Shown one piece after another: positions 52,277 to 63,518 of a stretch of 64,000 nt of DNA. The translations under genes were made by a program, and so were the position numbers. A model generated the notes under the pieces. That model saw only the letters and a list, made by a program, of their open reading frames with translations. It was not told where the DNA came from and made no database searches. This DNA is from Paragordius varius (taxonomy: Eukaryota; Animalia; Nematomorpha), in the NCBI GenBank assembly GCA_964247055.1, contig OZ176059.1, positions 1,364,001 to 1,428,000 of the forward strand, in the 5' to 3' direction. Position 1 is the stretch's first letter. Each line of letters starts with the position of its first letter.

Positions 52277-54191
52277 AAATCATTTTTATAAAATAAATAT
52301 TAAACAATATTTTATCCATATCCCTTAGATTTTGATAGTTGCTTTTATTTTGTTTAATTTTTGTAAATACACTACATTAAGCTATGAAAATATATTTTAA
52401 AAAGCCTTCGTTTTTTTCCTTAAAAGTTAACGAAATAAAATAATTTTATATAAAACCTATAAAACAAAAGATTTAAATATATGTGCATATATTACATTTT
52501 TTTGAGATTTGATAGATGAGTTACCACTAGATTTACCACCCCGAGATAAAATGCTTCGTAATGGTTTATCCAAAAACGATGAGGATGCAGTAGACTCTGT
52601 TGTAAATGAATCTAAAATTGGTTCTGTGTTGTTAAGAAGATCTCCATTTTCACCAATATTATCATTGGGGGCAAATTTTTCAGGTATCACACGCTCTTTT
52701 ATTTGGTGTCGGTCATTATTATCAGCTGTTTGTATATTGTCATCACTTTTTGTTTCGGGGTTATTTACGCCTTCCAACAATGGTTCTTGTTGCAGGGTGT
52801 TGGCGGAAACATTTTGGGTAAAAACTGACCCTTCAGATTCATCCGCTGTGGTGGTGTCCATAATACCAGTGATATTTGGATCTTAATATTTATATATATA
52901 TATATATATAAATAGTGTGTTTAAATTTATTGGTGTTAAAGATATAGAATAATGTGAAGTATAATAAATTTTCCCATATATATACTGTGTGCAAAAAAGA
53001 GGGTCATTTTGATTTAACGAATAAATTTTTTTTTCATGAGAAAACTTATGACCAGCGTATTCATTTGCCGCAAAAATTTTTATTTGTTGACAACTTAGTT
53101 TTGGAAATATTAAGAGAAAATCGAAATCGGGCAAAAAGGATAATTAAGGATAATTCAAAAAATAATGATAAAATCTGAAATATTATCGTTTATTATTATT
53201 TTAGGAGTTTTCAAAATATAAATAGCCTAAAATCATATAGTTAGGGTTTCTAAATTTCGGGTTAATGAAACTATATTAAAATATTTTTTTTTAATTATTT
53301 ATTACCTAAACTCACTATTAAAATCTTAAAATTCCTATTTTATATAGTAAAATAAACTTCTAAATCAAAATAAAACTAAAAATATTGTTTTTTATTTTTG
53401 CATTTTTTTGTCATCTGCTTTATGAGTATATAAAAAATTTATACTGTTTAATTTTAGATTCTTACATGATTAGGGAATTATTAAGTATATAATTTATGCA
53501 AAGTAGGTTTAAAGGTAGTTCAATATCAACCAACAATCCTTACAATTTCCTGTAACAAGTCTGTTTTATGACAAATTAATATTTGTATTGGGATTTGTAC
53601 GGATTGTTGGTTGATATTCCACTAATTTTCGATCCTATTTTGCATAAATTATATACTTAATAATTCCCACTCATGTAAGAATCCAAAATAAAACAGTATA
53701 AATTTTTTATACACTCATAAACCGGATGACAAAAAAATGCAAAAATAAAAAACAATATTTTTGGTTTTATTTTGATATAGAAGTTTATTTTCCTGAATAA
53801 AATATAAATGTAAGATTTTAATAGTCAGTTTAGTCAGTAAAGAATCAAAAAAATTATTTTAATATAGTTTCATTAAATTTTTTTTCTTCAAGTGTGATAA
53901 AAGAAAAACGCCATCTTTTGACCTGAAATATTATAGAAACCCTAACTATATGATTTTAGGCTATTTATATATTGAAAATATCTCCTAAAAAAATAATAAA
54001 CGATAATATTTCAGATTTTATCATTATTTTTTTTAATTATCCTTAATTTTCACTTTTTGCCCGATTTCGATTTTCTCTCAATATTTCAAAAACTAGGTTG
54101 TCAACAAATAAAAATTTTCGGCAAATGAATACGCTGATCATAAGCTATCTCATGAAAAAAAATTTTTTGGTTATAAATTTTTTTGCACACA

Positions 54192-54237
<46 letters not shown>

Positions 54238-57200
54238 CATAAGATTTTTACTATAAATACCACAATTATTCATTTAATAGCAACACATTAAATTATTTTG
54301 TTATAGTTGCTGAATAAAAAAAAGACTTACGAGAGCTGGTGACCATATTGTCTGCCGTAATGGTTTGATTTTGTAACTTTTGTGTACTTTGAGACTAGTA
54401 TAAAATATATGTTTTATTAAATTATGGGTATAAAAATAAAAAAATAAATATATAGAGTAAAAAAATTGATATACAGATAAAACCTATAGCTAAAAGAAAT
54501 TTTGTTTATATAAAACCAAAAAAAAAATTTATATTTCAAAAACAGCTATATTTTGATACCCTGTTTCCTACATGAAATATATGATTTAATTTTTAAAATA
54601 TAAAATTAATGCGCAACCGAAACATACATCTCAATTACTTATTGACAACATATATAAAAAGGAAGTTAATAGGGTTGTTTTTATATGTAAAAAAATTTTT
54701 CTTTTAGTTTTTAAGTTTTGCATGTATAATTTCAATTTTTACTGTAATTTTAATAAATGTTTATAGCATAATTAATTAAAGTTAAATTTTAATATCTGAA
54801 AGTTTACATTTGGCTCAGACAGTGAACGTGACCTAAGAGTCATTCTAGGGGTCAGCTGTTCTGATAATGGTGTCACAACAACAGCTGTTGTTGTTGTTAT
54901 TTTTCCAACTACATTATGCGGGTGATTGGCTGTTGAGGGGGGCGTTGCCATGTTAACGGAGGAAAGGGTAGTCACGCCACCACTCCCTAACGAATGATGC
55001 CGGTCACGTGGTTTTAGTGTTGCCATGGTAACGGAAGAGATAGGCGCTATTGATGGAGAAATTAAAGCAGCAGTACTAGGATTACTGCTTTCAAATAGGG
55101 CGTCCATGAACCCGCTACTTTCTTTGAAGATGGGGAGCGTTAGCGTAGTTGAATCTTTATCTAAAATAAATATAGGCATGTTTTTGTTTATAAAAAAAAC
55201 TCTTTTTGCCTATTTTTTTCGCAAATGTTTTTTGGCATTTTTTACCGATGATGACCAATAAAGGTTGATGCGACAATTAATTATTAAATAGGGCATTTTC
55301 GTTGTGATTTGCAGATAAGTTAATATACCATTTAAGTTTAAATTCACCCTCGAACAATTCAAATTCACCCTTAGATAAATTGTGTGTTTGTTAAAGTTAA
55401 AAATTACATATATTAAAAAACAAATTTTGTTTAAAATTAAAATAATACTGAAAAAATAAATGCCATTATTCGAAAACACATAATTTAATTTTAGGGTGAA
55501 TTCGAATTAGTCGAGGGTGAATTTGAATTCAAGGGTGAACCTGAATTGTAAATGGTATATATTTAAATCATAGTGTGTCAAATTTAGAGTCTGAATAAAT
55601 AAACTCGCCAGCTGTTTTCAGAATCTGTGAAAAAATGGGATTATGTTACATTCAAAGATAACAAATTCAAAAAAAATGATTTTAGATAAAAAACTATCTA
55701 TTAAAGATTTACCCATATTTATTTTCTTCTTAATAATTTCTGAATTTCAAACATCAAATTTTAGGATAAAAATACCTATAGAGGAGTGTGATGTTAAACT
55801 TGAGGTTGATGTAGTACGTTTTGTTGTGCTACTATGGGTTAACGTTAATGTTGTGGATAAGAAGGTAGGATTTATAGTTGTCACGTTTGTTGAAGTAATA
55901 ATTATGGTTGAGGCTAAATTATTGGCATCTTGTTCGAACCCTAAATAATTTACATGATGGCAAAAAAAGTTTTTTTACCCAAAATAGATAAAAATTTTAA
56001 AATAATGTTTGTATTACAGTAAAATATAAAATTATAAAGACCAAACACAAAAAGCTAAAATTTTTTTTATAAGTAATGCCACATCGGTTTTTTTAAACAT
56101 AAATTATTTTTTAGGGTTGCGCTCGTTATAAATATAATTAAATTTCATGCATGATTTGAAATTATTTTTTTATTGGATATATCATTTTTTTGTAGTACAA
56201 TTTTTGTCCTATTATAAAAAAATTCCTATTTCAAAAAATAGTGCCAGTTATGCACAGGACAATATTTTTTTGCAAAAAAATTTATTTAATGTATATTAGT
56301 ATATTATGCGTAACTATATTATATCTTAGGAACATATATTATTTTTTAATTATTCATTACAAGGGCATCAAAATGGCCATATATAATAATATAAAAACAC
56401 CAAAACTTTATTTAAAGTTGAAAAAATGCATGAGACCTAAATTAATTTTTAAAGGCGCTGTTTTTCTATAAAAAGCAAATTCGTCGGAGTGAATACTATA
56501 CAGTTCTATCTATATATTTATAAAAATGGAAAATGCTGGCTTTGTGATCTGGTACAGGAAAACCGGTAGACCCATTCGAATCCAAACATCGAAAAATATA
56601 ATCATTAATGAATGCCCCGACAATAGCTTCGCCCTTTTTTTTAATAGGTCCTCAGTTCGGGCCCACCCGGTGTGAAAAATAGGTTAAAGTCAATTTTTTG
56701 AAGAACGTGTTGGACCATTGAATTTCAAATATGATTTTTGTTTACTTATTTTTGATCGCGCTGAACATAGTCGACTCACTTTTTTGTTAGGCCCTCTTTT
56801 TACCCGCTCCCCCTGTAAAATGCCATTTTTTCAAAAAACAAAGTCCACAAAAATAATTTTTTATATCTATTTTTCCCCCAAGTAAACATTATATTAGTAT
56901 GAATGCACCGTTTTAAGATTCCTATGAGATCATAGCTATTAAATAATGTTTCGAAATAATCCACATATGTAGATCATTTTATTGTCCCTTTGTTCAAATA
57001 ACCTCCCCCCCCTACCCCCAAAAGTCCGAAGGACTTCCTCGGGCTGCGTAGCAGCACGAGATTTATTTGGATATAAAAACCACATATAGAGGTACAGTCG
57101 ATCCCTCCCCCACATATGGATTAATTAAATTAACACCTTATAAATTAACTCACGTTGATCGTTGTGCACATCTAGAATAATGGTGTCCAACATAGACATC

Positions 57201-60200
57201 TTTATGGGCTGCTTTGATACTTTTTGTTTTACCATTTTAAGCTCAAGTTATTTTCTAAATAATCGTAAATATTTTTGTTAACCCAATTATTTTTTTTAAA
57301 CATTTTTTAGTGCACTTTTGCCCACCGAAAAAAAGCGTGCTGGACACCCGTGCTCTGGAATCTTTAAATAAAGTTCCTAATCGTTATTTAATTAGATTGT
57401 ATTCGGTCAAAACTAATTATACCTGCCTACCCATAAATTTACTAATTTCTACGTATTATAAATTCTCAAATCGGTATTATTATATAGGGCCCGAGGGAAC
57501 TCTCCTTCATATAAATAAATGTAAGTTAAAAAATGCATTTATATCGTTTAATTTCTTTACCTGTGGGCCTAAATTTGGCTGGGAATTGTTTTGTCGTGTG
57601 TCGCCGTTTTTTGTGTTGTGCCATATTGGTGGCAACCTCTAACCTTTGTTGCAATTTACTGACAAAGGCAGTAGATTTCCCCTCAGTATTATGAGGTTGA
57701 TCGTTTTTATTATTAGGCATTTGATTGATTTTATGTTCATTGGATGATGTTGAAGACAAATTTTTGCTATTCACCTCTATACAAAACAATTTATATATAT
57801 CATTTACAGTTCAAATTCACCCTTGAACAATTAAAATTCACCTTCGAACACACCCTAAAATAAATGTGTTTTTAAGATTATATATTCCATATATTTTTTA
57901 TATTTTTAAAACAAATTTTAATGATGAGTTATATTAGACCGAAATTCCATAATTTATTTTTAGGGTGAATATTAATTGTTCAAGGGTGAATTTGAATTGT
58001 TTTAGGAATTTGAACTGTAAATGGTATAAAATTATCAAAAAAAATATATGAAAATGGTAACATGCCAGACAACAAACTAATAAATTTGCTAAAATCTCAA
58101 AACTAACAAATTACGTATGACAGCCAACTCCGACACTAAATATATCAATTATCCTGATATAAATTAGAAGAGAATAAATACTAACTTACATTTATAATGC
58201 AGTAAAACAATAATTTTTTTAGGAAAAGACATATTTCATTTTCCATTTAATAATGTATAGTGTACAGTGCATTCACAATCGTAATGGTTTACGCTAAAGT
58301 GTTATTGTATTACAGTATGATTAAGTATACATTGCTAGAAATGTATTGATTATTGCCAAATAGTATAAAACAAAGGGCAGTATTATTGGCTAATAATAGT
58401 AAAAAGTAAAAAAATAACTATAAGCCATAATACTGCCCTTTGTTGTATTTACCATTTGGCAATAGTTAATAACTTTCTAGCAATGTATATTTACTCATAC
58501 TGTGATATTGGGATTATAATCAGTTATAATTAAGAATTTATATACTTTTTAATTTATATTTTAAGAGTTTGACAAATATTACTTGTGTAGTAATCGAAAA
58601 AATTCACATAAATAACCTCATTCAATTATAGCTGATTATAATCCCAATATTAATTACGATGGTAAGTCTAAGTTACAATGTTAAATATAGTTATGGCATT
58701 ACAGTAACAGGTATTATTGATTTCGGTATTTTAAATGGTTAAAAGGGGATTTAATTTTTCCATTGCTGCCATGTGTGAGATTTTTTATTAGTTATATATT
58801 TCGTTATATTTTCCCCCATTACATTTAAAAATGTAACTAATAAAAGAAAATAAATTCTCTTAGCCAATTGACATACAGAATGGGCAAATAAACTGTAAAA
58901 GGCTTTTCTTTTTAATGACTATCTTAGTCTTATATTGTCCGGATAATACTGCCCAAAGTTTGGTTTTCTTTACAGTTAATAGGGTTTGCATTTATTTGGA
59001 TGGCTTTAGTGTAAAATACACTGTTCTCTTTGTTAAAAATAGAAGTTAAAAGTCATGCTCCATTTGAATTCGACGAATAAGTCTTTCCAGATTTTGCTTA
59101 TAAATTTGATAATTTTAGCAGCATAATTAATTTTATACATTGCTAATATAAATTAATATTTTAAAGAAAAGGGATACTTTAATAAAAAACATCCGAAAAA
59201 TGGTGGGTTTTAAGGCCTTTCCCCGATGATTGAATATCATGCACAAAAAAGAAAACGGTGATGAAATTTGATGTTTGAAAGTAGGATTTGAATAAATTAA
59301 GAACTTATTACTAATTTTAAGGGACATATATAATATAATATCTAACCTCCCACAAATGGAATAAAAACATTATATCCAAAAAGAAATAAGCAATTAAACT
59401 CTGAGAATGTTAATTTATAAATTATTTTTGGCAGAAGCATACAAAACATAACCAAACAACAATCGATTTAGGACCCAACATAAATAAAAAAAATATTTGA
59501 ATTAATCATGTTTTATACATCTAACAAGGAAAAAGATATAATATATCCCCAGAACTCTTTAATACACCCATACCAATGGATCTCCTACCTTAAATATCTC
59601 ATAAATCAGGCATATGTAAACTGGGATAAGATTAAAAATCGGTTATGAATATATATAAATGAGAAAATCGCAGGAAAAGTCAGTTTTATGTATAAAAGTA
59701 TTGAAAAAGAGTTTAAACACAGCTTCTATAATCTCATTCGACACTACTAAAAGCTTATGACAAAAAATGATAAAAACGCATTAAATTGCTAGCGGTCGCT
59801 AACCGACGACCAATTATACCAAGCTCATAAAAGCATAGATCATCACTCTAAGAAATGGAATGCTTTTCAAATTTTAGCTCAAAAACTGCACCGAAACAGA
59901 AAATGTAATATTTTATAATAATATTACGTATGTATATCTATATCCGCTGTAGGCTTCGTTTAAGATTCACCTTTAATGAATTAACAGCAAAAACCAGTTA
60001 ACCAAGTTAGCAAAAATATACACTCGCTAAGGTTAGAAAATCTTGATTGCCAATCTGCTTATAGTTTGCTCTTTTACAAGGACAAAGCTTTTAAAAATCG
60101 ATATATGTATGCTAAACCCTTAATATTTGTTTGAGCAATTTTTCTTATGGTTGTGCTAGATGTTGAATTCTTTTGTTGACTTTTTTCCAAGGTTTTGGAA

Positions 60201-63200
60201 TCATTTATAAGATTCATCCATCGTGTTACCAAGTGACTAGCTAATGATTGTATTTGATCTAAAAAACATAAAGAATATAATATAAATATAAAGCCCAACT
60301 CTCGAGCCAAAAAACAAATATTTCCTCAGTCGATTAAAAACCGGTTAAAAATCAGGTCATTTACATCTTAAAATGTTTATTAATTAAATTATTTTTATGA
60401 TAAACAACAGTATATTAATAATAATTATAAATTTATATCGCATTATAACAAAAAAAGGAAATAATGCGATAAATTAACAAACATATAATGTTCCAATGAG
60501 TTATTTAATGGTTAAAATATAAGGTATTAACATCTTTTTTTTATTAAACAAAATTGGACACAAACTCCATTTGTAGAGTCATAATATCTATAAAAGACTA
60601 GCCAGTACTAACATTAAACATTTGAACAAGTTATAGATTAAATATGTAAGTACTATTTTAAATACCTTGATATTGCAATATGATTGGAGGGAGTGGGGAT
60701 GAAGGAGCAGACGATTGGTGATCAGCTGTAGTATTATCATCATTTCCGGTTTTTTGTGTTTGATCAGATTTGGTGGCTAGAGAAGTTGTAACTTTTCGGT
60801 TGTTGGATAAATTGGATTCGGTCGTTTCAGTACTACTGTTGGAAGTTGTATGAGTTAAGTTATCAATTTTAACTGTTGTGGCGCAATCAGATGTTTGTAT
60901 AGGTGCGGTCGCTATGATAGATGGCGCCTTTTCTTGGGAAAAATTTTGATTATCCGCTGGTTTTGATGCGGTATTAATGTTTCCCATATTAAATGTCCCT
61001 TTACTCAATTGTTTAATGATGCGGGCCGTATCATTACCCTTAAGCTGCAAAAGGGTTAGGGGTAATCGTGTAAATACGACGAGTAAGTTACACATGTACA
61101 CATAATACCCATTAATTCGGGCAAATTTGAGCCAAGCATTAAGTATGTTCCAGGTGTCGCCATATTGTAAAAATCTATATAAGGTAATTTTTAAAAGAGA
61201 GGGGAATAAAAACGTGTGCATTTTAATACTCATGTGTTGGGTTAAGGTCTTTTACCAGTTAAAAATAACCCCTGACCGCTAAAAAATTTATTAAATTATG
61301 GCCATATATATACATGAAATGGTAATATACCGATGTAATTGCTGAGTTTGATAGCATAGATTCTAACTAACATAATTAAATTTGGAGCGGTCACAGTAAG
61401 AAATCATCGGTCGAAAATGCCCTTATTAACAAGTTTATTTAAATAAATGGAATTCAAAAATTTTCCAATAAACCACAAAATATTAATGTTTATGCAAAAG
61501 GATAAACAACAATATATAAATATACCATTTACTTAAATTAACCCTTAAACAATTCAGATTCACCCTAAAAATAAATTATGTGTTTTTGGACTAATAAATA
61601 AAACTCTTTATTTAAATGAAATATATTATAACGTCATAATTTATTATTTTTCAGCATATTTATATTTTAAAAATATTAAAAAATAAAGGTAATTTTTAAT
61701 CGTAGAAAAACACATAATTTATTTTAGGGAGAATTTGAACTGCAAATGGTATATATGTAAAAATTATGAATCATACTTTTCAAGCAGGCATTTATCCTTG
61801 GTGGCTAACAAGATGTGTAAAACGATACATTGATGGACTATTTTAGAGCCACTGATTTTCATTAACCTATAAATCAAACAATGACATAAATAAATTCTTC
61901 AATTTAATTATTAATAAAGCTTATTTATAGAAATAATGATTTAGCACTTTATCGTTTAAAATATAAAACAGCCCAAATTAACACGAATCGATAAACGATC
62001 GTTTATTATAAAGATAATAAGGTAGTTGAAATGCACATAAAATAATTTTTTATGAAATTAATATAAGAAAAAAGTTAACTAGTTAAATAAAAGTTTAATG
62101 TTTACATTAGCGTTTATTGTCCTTAGTTCATTTTTAACAAAGGCTTATTTATATATATTCCACAAATATATATTTCTATCAAATTTATTTTGTAACAGGT
62201 ATATTAACGAATTTATTGCACAATAAAATTTATTAAGTAGTGATGGGTGGTAGATAGATATTAGAAAAAAGACACACTCGTAGATCTGAGGTATGGCGTT
62301 TTCATCCTTAATCTCTCCATTTGCACCAATTAACGAGGACAAGGAATTAAGTAATTCAAACACATGAGATTTTGTAAGGTCTACAGGTAACGTTTGCTGT
62401 TCATGTTGGGGAGGTGATCTAACAGATACATTATTTTTGGCCTCAATTATTGGAGAGTTAGCATTTATGTTTAGAGAATCGCTAATATCTTGATTATTAC
62501 TATTATTATTATTACTTTCATTTGTTTCTTGAAGGGTTAAATGCGAAGACAAAGCCAGATCTTTAGCTTTGTCGATTATTAATGTATTATTTGGCATAGA
62601 AATGGGTATTTTATCGGCTGTAGGTGTATTAATATTCATTTTGTTAGAAACACCTATCCTGTAATTAGACAATGCCAAAATTTCGTCTTTATGGTCATTT
62701 CCAATATGTTTATCGCCAATTTTTTTATTCAAATTTATGTCGCTGTTGTTAGTGTCATCAATACTGGAACTATTGTCATTTGGTGCCGTATTCGAGGATT
62801 CTATTGTAACTGATGTAATTGTTACCATGTCTGGCGTTGTATGTTGAATATTGTCGTCTTTTTCCTCAAGAATTACTATATCACTGTCTATGCTTTCATT
62901 TCCTCCAGCAACTGTTTTTGTGTTTGGGGGTGATGGTGTTGGGGATATACGAGCCTCAACCATTTCATCCTCCATGACGTAATTGGGTGAATATTGATAA
63001 GTATTATCTGAAACTAATGGCAATAAATATGTGTCAAAATTTGTATCGTCGTTATTGTTACTATCATCAGGAACAAAATTATTGGTGTTAGATGTGGTAA
63101 CAGCAGTAATGGAACCGGATCCAGGCTTTACATATACTAATTGTATATCATTTTCATCATCATTATCATTGTTACGATTATCGTCAACTTGTACATCTTC

Positions 63201-63518
63201 AACAATGCTATTATTCAAATTTTCCATAATTTCAACAGCTGTTGAGGGATTCGGAAGTTGTTCTTTAGAAAAGGTGGTTTTTGGTTCATCATAATTAATA
63301 TCATTACTATTTAGGCTACCTAATATATTTGTCGATATGGGAAAATTGTTAGTGGTTAATATATTGTTGACGTTGATATTTTCATTTTCTAATACGGTAT
63401 CATGTGCTATTTCGGTGTTATATGATAAAGCGGCAGACGATAAATATGTCGTTATATCTTGAAAAGTTAAACACGTTAGTTTAATAGGCGAAATAGTAAA
63501 AGGTTGAACAACATCCAT
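45254..63518 (-). CDS. PPP1R10: PNUTS / PP1 nuclear targeting subunit orthologue, ~1580 aa. Exons: 63518-62278, 61866-61777, 61174-60666, 60258-60118, 57776-57561, 55940-55776, 55160-54808, 54394-54331, 52881-52496, 52239-52122, 51804-51449, 50709-50491, 49715-49662, 49499-49442, 47919-47425, 46831-46762, 46519-46443, 45869-45786, 45300-45254
   Basis: PNUTS landmarks occur in colinear order: TFIIS-N domain (ELLNSLSSLIGANGEIK...LMK...LHILLATK...KFLQYGDTWNILNAWL...LPLTLLQLKGNDTARIIKQLSK...LASHLVTRWM), AKFRPTGFE, SGFMDAL, LRSIL, PP1 site RVRF...YYFELDENER, EIALERKAF, TWRRP...PGFQSREK, IIPLND, and terminal CCCH finger CKHFKAGSCRLGDKCGFSH. Nineteen exons sum to 4743 nt with all splice phases consistent. 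The start codon and the small low-complexity exons are less certain. Confidence 0.9.
47984..48951 (+). pseudogene. Internally deleted mariner transposon, antisense within PNUTS intron 14
   Basis: ATG at 48111 gives MSNFVPEKVNLRHTL, then HQKKK, LVETYDEH, LLDDDQ, KLGKWV, KRHGKTILL, KKWL. The right end is CCTGA|TA. The region encoding the first catalytic Asp (GDEKW...VWWD) is missing. Confidence 0.85.
50145..50330. mobile_element. Family I hairpin MITE, PNUTS intron 12
   Basis: TA|CAGTGTTAAGTTTACATTGCTAGAAA ... CTTACTCATATTG|TA; homologous to 58313-58502. Confidence 0.7.
50998..51250. mobile_element. Short CCATTTAC-family MITE (TTCAAATTCACCCT subfamily), PNUTS intron 11
   Basis: TCATTACAGTTCAAATTCACCCT ... 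AGGGTGAATTGAATCGTAAATGA|(TA)n. Confidence 0.75.
52985..54192. mobile_element. 1.2-kb near-complete palindromic foldback (family H), PNUTS intron 8
   Basis: TA|CTGTGTGCAAAAAA ... TTTTTTGCACACAG|(TA)n. The arms pair along almost their whole length, with a central loop of ~50 nt near 53545-53595. Confidence 0.9.
55328..55555. mobile_element. Short CCATTTAC-family MITE, PNUTS intron 6
   Basis: TA|CCATTTAAGTTTAAATTCACCCTCGAACAATTCAAATTCACCCT ... AGGGTGAACCTGAATTGTAAATGG|TA. Confidence 0.8.
57800..58024. mobile_element. Short CCATTTAC-family MITE, PNUTS intron 4
   Basis: TA|TCATTTACAGTTCAAATTCACCCTTGAACAATTAAAATTCACC ... TTTGAACTGTAAATGG|TA; 21-bp units CCTTGAACAATTCAAATTCAC. Confidence 0.8.
58313..58502. 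mobile_element. Family I hairpin MITE, followed by a second small palindrome (~58504-58650)
   Basis: TA|CAGTATGATTAAGTATACATTGCTAGAAA ... TTTCTAGCAATGTATATTTACTCATACTG; then ATATTGGGATTATAATCAG...CTGATTATAATCCCAATAT. Confidence 0.75.
59560..59780 (+). mobile_element. Possible highly degraded LINE reverse-transcriptase fragment
   Basis: Broken reading IPMDLLP ... DKIKNRL*IYINEK ... IISFDTT/KAYDK echoes the RT order RPISLL, KI...RL, D..KAYD. Weak and frameshifted. Confidence 0.3.
61525..61749. mobile_element. Short CCATTTAC-family MITE, PNUTS intron 2
   Basis: TA|CCATTTACTTAAATTAACCCTTAAACAATTCAGATTCACCCT ... GAATTTGAACTGCAAATGG|TA. Confidence 0.8.

Noticed and set aside
52954-53178. ORFs within foldbacks and MITEs (e.g. 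52954-53178, 52883-53134, 42146-42388, 42817-43023, 23601-23783, 31030-31230, 7838-8059)
   Set aside because: They lie in non-coding inverted-repeat arms, have no splice context, and are F/I/K/L-rich as expected from random AT-rich DNA.
56560-57510. GC-richer intronic segment with partial inverted ends (GTTCGGGCCC / GGGCCCGAGGGAAC) and a small GCTGC-GTA-GCAGC hairpin
   Set aside because: Probably an old repeat, but ends, TSD and family could not be defined, and no tRNA, snRNA or snoRNA fold or boxes were recognisable.
52509-63294. Plus-strand ORFs 52509-52886, 55025-55261, 55643-55948, 57310-57642 and 63031-63294, and similarly 213-473 and 29686-30003
   Set aside because: Antisense to assigned exons, with hydrophobic composition typical of the reverse complement of N/T/D-rich coding DNA.
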